This document shows, piece by piece, positions 62,430-64,000 of a stretch of DNA of 64,000 nt (the stretch's first letter is position 1; each line of letters starts with the position of its first letter). Under the pieces are notes generated by a model. The model was not told where the DNA came from. It ran no database searches and saw only the letters and a list, made by a program, of their open reading frames with translations. Location of the stretch: assembly GCA_036172245.1 (NCBI GenBank), contig JAYWIR010000001.1, positions 11,284,001 to 11,348,000 of the forward strand, in the 5' to 3' direction. Source of the stretch: Raillietiella orientalis (Eukaryota). A program made the translations under genes and the position numbers.

Positions 62430-64000
62430 CTGAAAGAGAAACCGGAAGAGAAAGAAAGAGCAAGGACGGAAACAAAGACAAATAAAAACAGCGGCAACCG
62501 CCTGCAGTTTGGGGTTCGAAATGGGGGGAGCATGCCCCTGCAACCTCCGGAGGCACGATGGCGAGGAATGTGCGTTCGTAGTCCAGGAACCTGCTGCCCG
62601 GCCTCCTCGACTTTCATTTTTGGAAGTTTCCGTGACGGGTGCCTCGCACGGCCCACGCGCAAATCGCCCGCACGGGAGGAACGTGATGCTTGGAGTATGT
62701 CTGGCTATCCTTTTTTTTTTGTTTGCTCGTCGAAACGGAAGGCAAGGAGCGAACAGAGAGGTCGCTGCAGAGCGTCCGCGGCTCGCTACACAAAGCGGCT
62801 CGACAAACGAACTCCCGACCCTCTCTCTCCGATCGTAAGCAAAGGCTCGGCGCCGCAGATATGGCGGCTGGGAGAGCACTGAGCATGCCAGCGAGCGGCA
62901 GAAGCGTGAAACGTCGTGTCCGAAGCGTTCTGGGGCGGCGTCAGCATCCCCCCAAGTGAGGGAACACTGCGTCCCCGCGAGGAGGCAGCTCGCTTCGCGT
63001 GGAGGACGTGATAAACGTCCCCTGGGAAAGAAACCGACAGAACCATGGAATCTCTCTTCTCACTCCCATCTCCCCGTCTTGATTCCGGAAATCCTCTGGA
63101 TGTGAAAGGATTCCTTTCGGAATCCGTGGAAAGGAAAAAACAACAACAACAACCAGAAATGTTTCGTGGACGCTTCCAACCACTTGAAGAGACTCCCGTG
63201 CTGCTGCCAGTGTGTTTCGAACTGGTCTGCAACCGCCGAGGTGAATTCCGCCTTTTTCACGACAGCTTGCACGAAGGAAAACGCCATCCGAATGCCAAGG
63301 TGTCGATACTGATTTGTTCTTTAGGCCGACTCTCATTTCGATGCTGCACACAGCATCCCTGCAGTTGCACAACCAAGCGCAAGCAGAATTCCAATTTCGT
63401 AAGTGTCGCACCATTTGAATTTACATCCTTTATCAAAGAATTACTCAAGGACATTCGGAAAATAACAACAAAGACAAAATGGTAAGTAAAGCAATAACAA
63501 ACTTGCGAATGTACCTTCACATCACGTGGGCATGGGGATCGCAGGAAAAGATCCATAAAGCTTGCCACTCACGCTGCGTGTAAACAGAACAAGGCAAAGG
63601 ATTCCTGATCGGAACAAAACTCTCGTTACCATGCATTCTCAAGCGCAGTGATGCCAGAATAAATCAAGTGTACTTCTTGATGAAAGGGACACTTGTTTGC
63701 AGTAAATGTTTTGGAGCAATTTAAACTGAATTCGAGTCCGAACGTATCTATCGCAATAAATTGAAGAGCACATATTGTTTTGCTGTCTTCTTTATTCGAA
63801 GCGCTAAATTCGTTGCCAGAATATGTACAAACTGTTTATTTACATCCGCACGCAAAACATCGTTTAAAGGTCCGGTACCCATTTCCTCACGAGTTTAGCG
63901 CATGGAATCTTGTAAGGGCTCAAAAAAAAAAAAAAAAAAAATGGAAAAAAAGGACAAGAACTACAACCATGGGTAGAGAGAAAGACAATAAGACAACACC

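Overview
This is eukaryotic (metazoan invertebrate) genomic DNA with many very short GT-AG introns (~35-60 nt). It is a sharp mosaic of AT-rich, CpG-poor gene bodies and very GC/CpG-rich blocks full of homopolymer runs. Genes recognised by manual splicing and recalled family motifs: the 3' part of LRRC23 (+), ELP5 (-), TMEM98 (+), tRNA-Asn(GTT) (-), BRD10/KIAA2026 (+), BRIX1 (+), a divergent class C GPCR (-) and CEP120 (+). The window also holds an 8-exon orphan gene that may encode an NT-C2 domain, a decayed L1/Tx1-type LINE 3' fragment between AT-rich repeat blocks, and several weaker orphan gene candidates. Most long ORFs in the ORF track are GC-rich artefacts. The most notable items are (1) a class C GPCR that lacks the cysteine-rich domain, the TM3-ECL2 disulfide and the glutamate-binding signature, (2) LRRC23 and ELP5 stop codons only 15 nt apart, and (3) an exact 34-bp duplication carrying a MEF2-like palindrome plus a Sox site. 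I found no evidence of CRISPR or any prokaryotic system. All family assignments are from memory and need database confirmation.
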